In this document: positions 46,559-55,572 of the stretch, in pieces | How positions within the stretch are numbered: the stretch's first letter is position 1 | Layout: each line of letters begins with the position of its first letter | Assembly (NCBI GenBank): GCA_001799895.1 | Contig: MGUI01000004.1 | Location: 20,961-84,960, forward strand | DNA length: 64,000 bases | Origin: Elusimicrobia bacterium GWD2_63_28 | GTDB lineage: Bacteria; Elusimicrobiota; Elusimicrobia; Elusimicrobiales; UBA9959 | Direction: 5' to 3' | Translations under genes and position numbers: made by a program | Notes under the pieces: model-generated | Told to the model about the DNA's origin: nothing | Database searches by the model: none | What the model saw: the letters and a program-made list of their open reading frames with translations, nothing else

Positions 46559-48040
46559 ATGGCTAACAAACGACTTTCCAAATCCCAGTTCATGATGGGA
46601 CTGCAGTGTCAGAAAAGACTCTGGCTCTATAACTATCGCAAAGATCTTATCCCTCCTATAGACCCTGCTCAGCAGCAGATATTCGACCAGGGGCATGCTA
46701 TCGGGGAGTTGGCGCGCAATTACTTCCAGGGCGGAACCCTGGTCAGCGCGGATTATATGCATATCCCGGAGGCAATAAAGCATACAGCAGAGCTTGTTTC
46801 CGGGAAGACGAAGGCGGTTTATGAAGCGACCTTTGTCTACGACAATGTCCTGGTCAGGGCAGACATCTTAAAGAGGAACAGTGATGGTTCCTGGGACCTA
46901 ATAGAAGTTAAGGGTTCCACAGAAGTGAAGGACGAACACCTCTATGATGTCGCCGTCCAACGCTACGTCATCGAAGGCGCCGGCATAAAAATCCGCAAAG
47001 CGGAACTGATGCATATAGATAACACCTTCGTTAAAGACGGAGAGATAAAGCCAAAGGATTTCTTCACCCGTCAGGATATAACCAAAGAGACTAAGGAACT
47101 AATCCCGGAAGTAAAAGAAAATCTGAAGGACTTCATGAAGACGCTCTCGGCCGCGAAAGAGCCCGACATCGATATCGGCCAGCATTGTTCTTCCCCCTAT
47201 TCCTGCGATTTCTGCGGACACTGCTGGAAAGGGATACCGGAATACTCTATCTACGATATCCCGCGGCTTAAGTGGGAGAAAAAGAACGCGCTCAGAGAGA
47301 TGGGCATTCTGAAGTTCCGGGATGTACCAGAGGACTTCGATTTGAATGACGGACAGCGCCTCTATTGGCAGGTTGAAAGGACAGGACGGACAATCCTGGA
47401 CAAAGAACAAATACAGGAATTCCTTGATAAACTCGAATACCCTATCTGCCACATAGACTTCGAGACGATCATGCCCGGGTTGCCTCTCTATGACGGCACA
47501 CGGCCATACCAGCAGATCCCGTTCCAGGTCTCCCTGCACATCCAGGATAAACCAGGAGCAGAACCAACGCATTGTGAGTTCCTTGCAGATGGAAAGGCCG
47601 ACCCCAGACCGGAATTAACCAAGTTCCTGGTCTCCAATATAGGGACGAAAGGCACACTATTGGCCTATAATGCGGCCTTTGAGAAAAAGCGGATAGAGGA
47701 ACTGGCTGAGGCCTTTCCTAAGCATCGCAAGGCGCTATTGGCCTTGTTAGACCGCTTTGAAGACCTTATGAAGCCCTTTCAGCAGCGTGCCTACGTTCAC
47801 CCCAAGTTCCAGGGGCGGTATTCAATAAAGAACGTTCTCCCCGCGCTTATCCCTGATATGACATATAAGGGAATGGCCGTTGCCAACGGAGGAGACGCTC
47901 AGATAGCCTATCTTAACATCCTGTCCGGCAAACTTTCACCGGAAGCCGTTGAGCAGACACGGAAGGACTTAATCGCCTACTGCGGCCAGGATACCTTGGC
48001 TATGGTAAAGATACTGGAGCACTTGGGAGACATAGTGTAG
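46559..48040 (+). CDS. DUF2779-like protein: Cas4/RecB-like PD-(D/E)xK + Cys cluster, C-terminal DEDD-like exonuclease
   Basis: LSKSQFMMGLQCQKRLW N-terminus, RADIL...WDLIEVKG core, CSSPYSCDFCGHC cluster, then HIDFET / AYNAAFEKKRI / YCGQDTLAM. Start at ATG 46559; the track GTG 46523 lies inside the promoter. Confidence 0.65.
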   Translation: MANKRLSKSQFMMGLQCQKRLWLYNYRKDLIPPIDPAQQQIFDQGHAIGELARNYFQGGTLVSADYMHIPEAIKHTAELVSGKTKAVYEATFVYDNVLVRADILKRNSDGSWDLIEVKGSTEVKDEHLYDVAVQRYVIEGAGIKIRKAELMHIDNTFVKDGEIKPKDFFTRQDITKETKELIPEVKENLKDFMKTLSAAKEPDIDIGQHCSSPYSCDFCGHCWKGIPEYSIYDIPRLKWEKKNALREMGILKFRDVPEDFDLNDGQRLYWQVERTGRTILDKEQIQEFLDKLEYPICHIDFETIMPGLPLYDGTRPYQQIPFQVSLHIQDKPGAEPTHCEFLADGKADPRPELTKFLVSNIGTKGTLLAYNAAFEKKRIEELAEAFPKHRKALLALLDRFEDLMKPFQQRAYVHPKFQGRYSIKNVLPALIPDMTYKGMAVANGGDAQIAYLNILSGKLSPEAVEQTRKDLIAYCGQDTLAMVKILEHLGDIV

Positions 48041-48050
48041 AGGTTGGGAT

Positions 48051-48704
48051 ATGAATAAGACAGCATTTGATCTCGTCATTTTTGATATGGATGGAACATT
48101 AGTCGATTCTATGGATTGCCTTGCCGACTGGATACACCGTGCCATAAAAGACCATTGCCCGGATACTGTCACCCCGGCAACAGTAACTGCCGCTTTTGGA
48201 CCGACAGAAGAACAGATCATCGAACGGTTCGTTGGGCCAGAACTGCTTAAGTCATGCCTGGAACGCTATTACAACCTGTATGAAAGCGAACATGAACGCG
48301 TATATGTTTATCCGGGAATAAACGAGCTACTGAGAGAGTTGAAACGCAAAGGGACCCCAATGGCTCTCTGCACCGGGAAAAGCAGGCGTGCAGTGGAGAT
48401 AAGCTTAAAGCGGTTGGAATGGGACAGTTTATTCCAAACAATTATTACCGGCGATGACACATCTAGATTTAAGCCTGACCCGGAAGGGATCAACAAGATC
48501 CTAAGCCAAGTAAAGGCTGAGAAAAGCCGAACATTGTTTATTGGCGACTCGCCTGCCGATACTGCCGCGGCAAAGAACGCCGGCATCTTTAGCGGCAGGG
48601 CACTTTGGGGGATTGCGACTTCAGCCCTGGATACAACTTCAGTGCCGACCTATATTTTTACAGAACCACGATCAGCAATAGCGATTCTTTCCCCCAATCA
48701 ATAA
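48051..48704 (+). CDS. HAD-superfamily hydrolase (phosphoglycolate-phosphatase-like)
   Basis: Motif I VIFDMDGTLVDS, TGKSR, GDSPADTAAAKNAG. Confidence 0.8.
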   Translation: MNKTAFDLVIFDMDGTLVDSMDCLADWIHRAIKDHCPDTVTPATVTAAFGPTEEQIIERFVGPELLKSCLERYYNLYESEHERVYVYPGINELLRELKRKGTPMALCTGKSRRAVEISLKRLEWDSLFQTIITGDDTSRFKPDPEGINKILSQVKAEKSRTLFIGDSPADTAAAKNAGIFSGRALWGIATSALDTTSVPTYIFTEPRSAIAILSPNQ

Positions 48705-48715
48705 AGGAGCCAGAA

Positions 48716-48943
48716 ATGTCTCTCTCAGAAAATAGCATCCTGGAATTCAAAGAACTCCTGGAAAAAACCTACAACGTCAAAGTCACCAAAGAATACGCCG
48801 AAGAAGCAGCTGAAAATCTGCTCAATTTTTACAGGATTCTACTTAAGGTTGATAAAAACCAACAGGTGGCGAAAAACGGCATCCCTATCCACAAACAAAC
48901 CCACCACCGAAGCAGCACAAAAAGGATAACCTCAAAAACTTAA
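48716..48943 (+). CDS. Hypothetical small protein (75 aa)
   Basis: ATG 48716 with an AAGGAG RBS; the track ORF 48605..48943 has a spurious 5' extension into the HAD gene. Confidence 0.4.
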   Translation: MSLSENSILEFKELLEKTYNVKVTKEYAEEAAENLLNFYRILLKVDKNQQVAKNGIPIHKQTHHRSSTKRITSKT

Positions 48944-49195
48944 ATTCCAATTTTTTCCATTTTTTCCTAGTGAGCTTCAATATTTTCCAAAAGAAGCATC
49001 GAGTAGATTCCACCCTGGAATCAACTCAGCCAACTGACATCCACAGCTGGCTTCCCTATTCACAGAAGTAATTTCATGAGCAAGGCCAGATTCACCAACG
49101 CCGACCAATATTTCTCCAAAAATCCCTTTCTCAGATGGTACCCCTATTTATTCCAGTAAAAAAGCCGGAAAGAATAGCGCAGAATCAATCCTCAC

Positions 49196-50173
49196 CTACC
49201 TAATAGCAACCGTTTTCTTGATTCCGGAAATTTGCCCCAATCTATCCATCGGCGAGAATTTCCTGTGCTGAAGAGTCATATTGCTGTTAGCCATGTCCAC
49301 ATATACCCGGACCATATCCAAGGTAGAATGTCCCAGGATTTTCTGCAGGCTAAAAGCATCACCACCGTTCAGAACATACTGGGTGGCGAAGGTATGGCGC
49401 AGGGTGTGAGGTGAAGGTCTTACGCCCTTTATTCCAGCCTTCTCCGCGTAGAGTTGTATTTGACGCTGAATGGTACGGCGGTTGAGTCCCCCGCCAAACC
49501 GGTTCAGAAAGACAAGTTCCTGGCCTGGGATTTCACCAATCCGCATCAGGTATTGCATCAATGCTTGTTTCGCCGTAGTTCCAAAGGGAACCAGGCGTTC
49601 CTTACCTCCTTTGCCCATTACCTTGATCGTATTCTCAGACAGGTCGATATCATTTTTCTTTATCGAAAGAGCCTCTGAGATTCTCAGACCGGTATCCAAC
49701 AGCAAGACTATCAGCGTTCGTGTTCGTAATAGCGGAAAGTTGTCTTGGTCGAACTGCGCAAGAAGATCCCGCACCTGGTCCATGGAGAAGGCCTGCAGCA
49801 TTTTCTTAGTCCGCTTGGGTTTCTCAACCAACGCCATTGGATTAGCCTGGATAAAATCTTCCTTCAACAGGAACGTAAAAAAAGTCCCCAAACCAGTGTA
49901 TGCTCTGTATATTGTTCCGGAACAAAGCCCTTCAGCCTGTAAATGCTCAAAATAGGCCCTAATTTGAGTTGGGGTGATACTTCTTGCGTCTTTCACCTTT
50001 AAGCCCTCTAGGAAGGCTATAAAGGGCTTTAGCTTGTCTTTATACCACCGGATGCTACCATTAGACAGGGACTTGGCCTTACAACGTAGGATAAAGGCCT
50101 CCAGAAGGGTATTTAAGGACGTACCGGATTGGCCGGGCACAGGGTTGGATTTAACCAGCAGGGGTAGCTTCAT
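49196..50173 (-). CDS. int: Tyrosine recombinase / phage-type integrase
   Basis: N-terminal SAM-like core-binding domain. Catalytic contexts TGLRISEAL, HTLRHTFAT, LGHSTLDMVRVY. ATG 50173 has a GGAGG RBS; track start 50206 is a GTG. Confidence 0.9.
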   Translation of the reverse strand: MKLPLLVKSNPVPGQSGTSLNTLLEAFILRCKAKSLSNGSIRWYKDKLKPFIAFLEGLKVKDARSITPTQIRAYFEHLQAEGLCSGTIYRAYTGLGTFFTFLLKEDFIQANPMALVEKPKRTKKMLQAFSMDQVRDLLAQFDQDNFPLLRTRTLIVLLLDTGLRISEALSIKKNDIDLSENTIKVMGKGGKERLVPFGTTAKQALMQYLMRIGEIPGQELVFLNRFGGGLNRRTIQRQIQLYAEKAGIKGVRPSPHTLRHTFATQYVLNGGDAFSLQKILGHSTLDMVRVYVDMANSNMTLQHRKFSPMDRLGQISGIKKTVAIR

Positions 50174-50220
50174 ATTGCCTCCGTAAGGTCGTCGAACCTT
50201 GCGCACTCAGAAGGCAATAA

Positions 50221-50252
50221 AAAAGGCTTGTGGTTAGTGCCACAAGCCTTTT
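50221..50252 (-). terminator. Hairpin with flanking A/T runs downstream of the tRNA
   Basis: aaaaGGCTTGTGG-ttagtg-CCACAAGCCtttt: a 9-bp stem with T-runs on both strands, 20 nt after the tRNA 3' end. Confidence 0.6.
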
Positions 50253-50272
50253 CTCGTCGAGAGACTGAAAAC

Positions 50273-50349
<77 letters not shown>

Positions 50350-50354
50350 CATGT

Positions 50355-50383
50355 ATTATAGCACAAGGTTCAAGCAGTTGCAA
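50355..50383 (-). promoter_or_regulatory. Sigma70-type promoter of the tRNA gene
   Basis: On the minus strand: TTGCAA (50383..50378), a 17-nt spacer, TATAAT (50360..50355), then 5 nt to the tRNA 5' end. Confidence 0.7.
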
Positions 50384-50728
50384 CATTTCTCGTCGGAGAA
50401 ACCTGCATTCCCAAGACGGTTATCTCTACTGATCACATGCAAAAGTGATCGATCCAAGGCAGTGATCGGATTTGAGATCGGTTTGGCTGAAAACCAGAGA
50501 TGTGATCCCCAATGATGTCTACTGATTAAATACTCCGCCGTCAGTTGGGATGGATTACAGGGGAAGGTCAGAGAGCCTTCCGGATGAGGTGACCTGGTGA
50601 AGCCGCGCTACCTCGTATTGGTGCTGGACGAGGCGCGCGCCGCGGCGGGGCGCTTCCCGCTGGCGGCGGCCTGCTGCTGGTGAAAACGAAAAGATAAGAG
50701 CTGAATTCCCCGTGGAAAGGCAAAAAGA

Positions 50729-50754
50729 GGGGCCGGCTGAAAACAGCCGGCCCC
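50729..50754 (-). terminator. Rho-independent terminator of 50796..51167
   Basis: GGGGCCGGCTG-aaaa-CAGCCGGCCCC, followed on the minus strand by TCTTTTT. Confidence 0.75.
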
Positions 50755-50795
50755 TTGGATTTTGCCAGGTTTTACTTACCGCCCCGGCTGCCTGG

Positions 50796-51167
50796 TCACT
50801 TCTTCGCGGGCGCCTTGGCCGCGCTCTCTTTAAAAGAGTCCACCTTTATGGCCGCCAGCGGGTACTTGGGCGGGTGGGCGGGCAGCAGGGCCCCTTTCAC
50901 GGTGACAGTCTTGCCTCCGAGGGTCTCCAGCTTTTTAAAGTTCTTCTTATCAGCGCCGGGAAGAAGCTTTATGGTCTCCTCGCCTACCTTCAGGAGTACC
51001 GTGTTATACTTCTCCTTCTTCGCTTCGTCAGCCTTTATGACTTCTATGGTCCCGGTCTTCTCTTCACTCTTCTTCCTCGCTTTCTCTATAGTTTCCCCGG
51101 CCATGGCCGCGCCGGCCCCGAGCAGAAAGCTGAAGGCTATGGCGCCGGCGAGTAGTTTACCTTTCAT
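50796..51167 (-). CDS. Small secreted Lys-rich protein
   Basis: Signal peptide MKGKLLAGAIAFSFLLGAGAAMA. ATG 51167 has a GGAGGA RBS; track start is 51203. Confidence 0.55.
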   Translation of the reverse strand: MKGKLLAGAIAFSFLLGAGAAMAGETIEKARKKSEEKTGTIEVIKADEAKKEKYNTVLLKVGEETIKLLPGADKKNFKKLETLGGKTVTVKGALLPAHPPKYPLAAIKVDSFKESAAKAPAKK

Positions 51168-51251
51168 TAATTTTTCCTCCGTTCTCTGAATAAAGTTTTC
51201 CAACCCGACGAGGATATCATACCAAAAAGCCGCCGGGGCAGGGCGGGCGGG

Positions 51252-52304
51252 CTATTTAGCGGGGTCGTCCCCGCCGCCGCGCAGGCGGCGTTTGGTCTCG
51301 CCTATGTCGCGCACCATCCGGCCGAAGCTGCGCAGCCGGCGCTTGGCCTCCAGGCGTTTCTTGAGGTCCGTGCGCTGGGCCTGCCGCTCGGTCTCGCGGC
51401 GCAGCTTGTAATAGTTTTCCAGGCGCTCTTCGGTCAGCGCGCCGGAGGCCACGGCCGCCGCCACCGCGCAGCCCGGCTCGCCGGTATGCGAGCAGTTCGT
51501 GAAGCGGCAGCCGGCCGCCAGCTCGCTGACATCGGGGAAGGAGTTCTGCAGCCCTTCGCCGGAGTAGGCCACGCCGAACTCCCTGATGCCGGGGGTGTCT
51601 ATCACCTGCCCGCCGCAGGGCAGCTGGTAGAGCTGCCGCCCGGTGGTGGTATGCCTGCCGCGGGCGTCGTCTTCCCGGACCGGCCCGGTCAGCGCCGCCT
51701 CGCGCCCGGCCAGGCGGTTGAGCAGCGTGCTCTTGCCCGCGCCGGAAGAACCGACAAAACAGCAGCGGATCCCGCCGGCCAGTTCGGCCTCCACCTCCGG
51801 CACGCCTTCGCCCGAAATTGAGGACAGGCAGAGCACCCGCGCGCCCGGCGCTGCCAGCGTAACGGCGGCCAGCCTGTCGGCCAGCTCCGCCTCCGGGCAC
51901 AGGTCCTTCTTGGTCAGCGCCACCACGGGCAGCGCGCCGCTGTCCCAGGCGGCCACCAGCATGCGCTCCAGGCGGGGGATGTTGTAATTCCCGTCGAGGC
52001 CCATCACCAGGAAAACCTTGTCGATATTGGCGGCCAGCGGCTGCGCGTCGCCGTCTTTGCCCAGCCCCTTGCGCAGCAGCAGGGTGCGGCGCGCCGCCAC
52101 GCCGTGCACCACGGCCTTGGCGCCGCCGTCGTGCAGGGACACGCTGACCTCGTCCCCCACCACGGGATAGTCCAGCCGGGAGGCGGCCTCACCGCCCAGC
52201 TTGCCGGCTATCACGGCCGGCAGGTCCCTGCCGTCGAGGAGCACCGTGTAGCCCCCTCTCTGTTCCGCCGTTACCAGCGCGGTAAATGTTTCTTGTTCAG
52301 GCAT
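51252..52304 (-). CDS. rsgA: Ribosome small-subunit-dependent GTPase A
   Basis: Circularly permuted GTPase: TKKDL, GSSGAGKSTLLNRL, GRHTTT, DTPG. Zn knuckle CRFTNCSHTGEPGCAV. Confidence 0.9.
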   Translation of the reverse strand: MPEQETFTALVTAEQRGGYTVLLDGRDLPAVIAGKLGGEAASRLDYPVVGDEVSVSLHDGGAKAVVHGVAARRTLLLRKGLGKDGDAQPLAANIDKVFLVMGLDGNYNIPRLERMLVAAWDSGALPVVALTKKDLCPEAELADRLAAVTLAAPGARVLCLSSISGEGVPEVEAELAGGIRCCFVGSSGAGKSTLLNRLAGREAALTGPVREDDARGRHTTTGRQLYQLPCGGQVIDTPGIREFGVAYSGEGLQNSFPDVSELAAGCRFTNCSHTGEPGCAVAAAVASGALTEERLENYYKLRRETERQAQRTDLKKRLEAKRRLRSFGRMVRDIGETKRRLRGGGDDPAK

Positions 52305-52354
52305 AATAACCCGGCCGCCCGGAAAAACCGGAGCCCGGCCGGAATCGGGATAAT

Positions 52355-53530
52355 TTATTTATCGAGTTCGAAAGTGTCCGCCACGTCGCCGGCCTTGTCG
52401 TAGACGGTCATCTTCAGCGACTTCTCTTTTACGTCGAAGACGGCGAAATGGTACACCGGCAGGAACTTGGCGGACCAGTCCTCGTTGCGGCGCTGAATGT
52501 ATAGGGGCGAACCGCCCCCGCCGAGGGTAATGTAAGTTATCCCCCCGGCCTGATCGGGAAGACCGTCCTTTACCGGCAGGGTGCGCTCGTAGTTGTGGTC
52601 GTGGCCCTGCAGCACCAGGTCCACCTTGTATTTTTGCAGCAGCGGTTCCAGCGCCTTCACCTCTTCCTCCAGCGTGCCGTGCGCGCCCGTGGAATAGAGC
52701 GGCTCGTGCAGCACCACGAACTTCCAGGTCTTGTCGGCGGACTTGGAGAGGAAATGCTGCAGCCACTTGTACTGCTTGGACTCGGGGGTCAGCGCCGGCG
52801 CGAATCTGGCGCCGAAGAAGGCGTTGGTATCCAGCACAAAGAAGCGCGCGTGCGCCACGTCGAAGAAATAATAATGCGGCGGCAGCCCGGTCAGCGGGGT
52901 GCTGTGGTAGGGCGTGTAGTTGGCCTTCAGGAAGCCCTTGCCGGCGGCGGTCTTGAGGTCCCGGCCGTAGTCGTGGTTGCCCAGCGTCAGGAAGAAGGGC
53001 GTCCGGGCCAGCAGGGGCGCGTAAGGCCTGAAATATTCCTCGTCGGCCATTTCCTCCAGGCCTTCGGAGAGCATGTCGCCGGTATGCATCACGAAGTCCG
53101 GCCGGAATTTCTCCATCTGCAGGGCCAGCTGGTTCTGCTCGTCGCTGGCGGAGCCGGAGTCGCCGAAGGCCAGGAAAGAGAACCAGGGCTTGTCCTCGGT
53201 GCGGAAGGTGGTGAAGGTGCCCTCGTGCGCCTTGTAGACGGCGGTGCTCTCGTAGGCGGTCAGGTAGAGGCGGTAGCAGTGCGTCGTATCGGGCAGCAGC
53301 CCGAACAGCGGCACGCGGTTTTCCTTCACGGCCGCCAGCGGCGCCAGGAAGCGCTCGCAGTCCGGCGCCATGCCGTAGGAGATCCACGCCGGGGAAGCGG
53401 CGTCCACCCTGAAGCGGACCGTCACCATGTCCTTGGACATGTTCTCCAGGTAGGGGCCGCGGTCCAGCCGCGCCGCCCGCGCGGGAGCGCAGGCCAGCAG
53501 GGCGAGGGCGGCCGCCAGGATTATCTTCAT
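52355..53530 (-). CDS. Secreted metallophosphoesterase (purple-acid-phosphatase-like)
   Basis: Signal peptide MKIILAAALALLACAPARA; GDSG, GDM, GNHD, LHEPLYS, GHDHNYER. The start overlaps the ade stop (ATGA at 53527..53530). The track ORF extension to 54598 is GC shadow. Confidence 0.8.
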   Translation of the reverse strand: MKIILAAALALLACAPARAARLDRGPYLENMSKDMVTVRFRVDAASPAWISYGMAPDCERFLAPLAAVKENRVPLFGLLPDTTHCYRLYLTAYESTAVYKAHEGTFTTFRTEDKPWFSFLAFGDSGSASDEQNQLALQMEKFRPDFVMHTGDMLSEGLEEMADEEYFRPYAPLLARTPFFLTLGNHDYGRDLKTAAGKGFLKANYTPYHSTPLTGLPPHYYFFDVAHARFFVLDTNAFFGARFAPALTPESKQYKWLQHFLSKSADKTWKFVVLHEPLYSTGAHGTLEEEVKALEPLLQKYKVDLVLQGHDHNYERTLPVKDGLPDQAGGITYITLGGGGSPLYIQRRNEDWSAKFLPVYHFAVFDVKEKSLKMTVYDKAGDVADTFELDK

Positions 53531-55269
53531 TTCCCCCCGGGGCCGCAGAAGAGCGGCGTCACCTTGAATTTCACGGCGTCGATGACGCCGCGGTCGGTGA
53601 TGCGGAGTTCCGGTATCGGAGGCAGCGTCAGAAAGGCCATGGCCATGAAGGGGTCGGAGAGTTTGGAGCCCAGCATCCTGGCCGCCGCGGCCAGCCGCGC
53701 CAGCTTCTCGCGGACGAACTCGGAGCTGCGGTCCGACATCAGGCCGGCCACCGGCAGCGGCAGGGCTTCCAGCACCTGGCCGTTGAGGGCCGCCACTATG
53801 CCGCCCTGCATTTTGACCACCTGCACCGCTGCGGCGTACATGTCCCCGTCGTGCGTGCCGATGACCACGATGTTGTGCGAATCGTGCGAGACCGAGGAGG
53901 CGATGGCGCCTTTCTTGAGGCCGAAGCCCTTCACCAGGCCGCGGGCGATGCGGCCGCTGGCCATGTGGCGCTCTATCACGGCGATCTTCAGGATGTCGCG
54001 GTCGGTGTCGGAAGAGACGTACCCGCCGTCCTGCTTGACCTTTTCCACGCTCATCTTGGTGACGATCTGGTCCGGGATGACGTTGATGACCTTGGCGTAC
54101 TTGCCCTCGGCCTTCAGCGCGAAATCCTCGTGCTCTATCCACTTCACGTTGACCGTGCCGCGGACCTTGCCCTCGTATTCCTTTATCACGCCGGGGGTGA
54201 TCTTCCTGTCGGAAGCCACCAGCTTGCCCTGCTTGAAGACCTTGGAGATCTTCATTCCCTTGAGGTCCTGCAGGATCACCAGGTCCGCCTGGTAGCCGGG
54301 GGCGATGGCGCCCAGGTTCTTGAGGCCGAAATACTCGGCGGTATTGATGGTGGCCATCTGGATGGCGCGGATGGGGTCCACGCCCAGCTTGATGGCGGTG
54401 CGCACCAGGTAGTCTATGTGCCCCTGCTTCTCGATATCCTCCAGGTGGCGGTCGTCGGTGACGAGGATGAACTTGCGGGAATTTTCGGAATTCACCAGCG
54501 GCAGCAGGCCCTTGAGGTTCTTGGCGGCCGTGCCCTCGCGGATCATGATGTACATGCCGGCGCGCAGCTTCTCGCGGGCCTCGGCCACGTCGGTGCACTC
54601 GTGGTCGCTCTTGATGCCCGCCGAGACGTAGGCATAAAGCTGCTTGTCCTTGAGCATCGGCGCGTGGCCGTCTATCACCTTGTTCTTGGCAATGGCGATC
54701 TTCTCCAGCACGCCCTTGTCGCCATAGATCACGCCGGGGTAGTTCATCATCTCGGCGAGGCCCAGCACGCGCTCGTCGCCCAGCAGCAGCGACAGGTCGT
54801 GGGCGTCCAGGTCGGCGCCGGCGGTCTCCAGGGCGGTGGACGGCACGCAGGAGGGCAGCATCACGTAGACGCCCAGCACGGCGTTAAGGCTGGAGGAAAG
54901 CATGTACTTGATGCCGTCGAGGCCTAGCACGTTGGCGATCTCGTGCGGGTCGATGACCACGGAGGTGGTGCCGCAGGGCAGCACGGTGCGGGCGAACTCG
55001 GGGATCTTCACCATCGAGCTCTCGATATGCACGTGGCCGTCGATGAAGCCGGGGGCCAGGTAGGCGCCCTTGAGGTCCATGGTAGCCTTGGCCTTGTAGT
55101 CGCCGAAGCCCACGATCTTGCCGCCGTGTATGGCCACGTGGGTGCGGTGGATGTCTCCGGAGAAAGTGTTGATCACCCGGGCGTTCCTGAGCAGCAGGTC
55201 CACCCGCTTGCCGCCGCCGGAGATCTCTATGGTGCTCCTGAGTTTTTCGAGGTTTGAATCTTTTTCCAT
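53527..55269 (-). CDS. ade: Adenine deaminase
   Basis: Amidohydrolase motif GFIDGHVHIESSM and SDHEC; 580 aa, typical Ade length and layout. Confidence 0.85.
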   Translation of the reverse strand: MEKDSNLEKLRSTIEISGGGKRVDLLLRNARVINTFSGDIHRTHVAIHGGKIVGFGDYKAKATMDLKGAYLAPGFIDGHVHIESSMVKIPEFARTVLPCGTTSVVIDPHEIANVLGLDGIKYMLSSSLNAVLGVYVMLPSCVPSTALETAGADLDAHDLSLLLGDERVLGLAEMMNYPGVIYGDKGVLEKIAIAKNKVIDGHAPMLKDKQLYAYVSAGIKSDHECTDVAEAREKLRAGMYIMIREGTAAKNLKGLLPLVNSENSRKFILVTDDRHLEDIEKQGHIDYLVRTAIKLGVDPIRAIQMATINTAEYFGLKNLGAIAPGYQADLVILQDLKGMKISKVFKQGKLVASDRKITPGVIKEYEGKVRGTVNVKWIEHEDFALKAEGKYAKVINVIPDQIVTKMSVEKVKQDGGYVSSDTDRDILKIAVIERHMASGRIARGLVKGFGLKKGAIASSVSHDSHNIVVIGTHDGDMYAAAVQVVKMQGGIVAALNGQVLEALPLPVAGLMSDRSSEFVREKLARLAAAARMLGSKLSDPFMAMAFLTLPPIPELRITDRGVIDAVKFKVTPLFCGPGGK

Positions 55270-55572
55270 ATAGCCACCGCCCTTAAATATAATTTATTAG
55301 CCTGAAAGTTGCAGGTGCAACTTTCCGCCCGCATAGAGGGCGCCCTTCGGGAGGCATACACCTCGTCGGGCCTGGCGCGCATAGCGCTGGGCCCTCCGCC
55401 CGCTGCGCGGGGAATCCTGCAGGATTCAGGTTAATTTTACATATTAGCGGGCCGCCCCGCAAAACAAAAAAACACGCCCGGGGCGCGAACATATATAGAA
55501 AGCTTTCCTTAGCGCGGCGGCATTTTTGTATTATAGGCTTTGCGGCGGGCGCCTTAGCGCCAGCCAGGCTTT

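Larger units (their letters stand above)
1..50272. mobile_element. tRNA-Met-associated integrative genomic (defence) island; left end beyond window
   Basis: Tyrosine integrase (49196..50173) directly abuts the 3' end of tRNA-Met (50273..50349). Sequence left of the tRNA is visibly AT-richer than the GC-rich genes right of ~50.57 kb and is packed with nuclease/helicase/ATPase genes. No second att repeat seen in the window. Confidence 0.7.

Noticed and set aside
46430-46783. 117-aa minus-strand ORF spanning the double operator
   Set aside because: It covers the divergent promoter region and the 5' end of the DUF2779 gene in antisense, and it has no RBS. It is spurious.
50588-50683. Short GC-rich ORF (MKPRYLVLVLDEARAAAGRFPLAAACCW), possibly a remnant of a host gene at the island junction
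   Set aside because: It is only about 30 codons with no recognisable motif. It cannot be distinguished from chance in GC-rich DNA without a database comparison.
52359-55257. Long overlapping ORFs in the GC-rich region (52359..53387 -, 52595..54295 +, 53851..54927 +, 54943..55257 +, and the 5' extension of 52355..54598)
   Set aside because: These are high-GC shadow ORFs with Arg/Gly/Pro/Ala-rich translations. The real genes (metallophosphoesterase, adenine deaminase) have clear catalytic motifs and an ATGA junction at 53527..53530.
55270-55572. Purine riboswitch upstream of adenine deaminase
   Set aside because: The leader lacks the conserved purine-riboswitch junction and loop sequences as I recall them. 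Only generic hairpins and palindromes are present.
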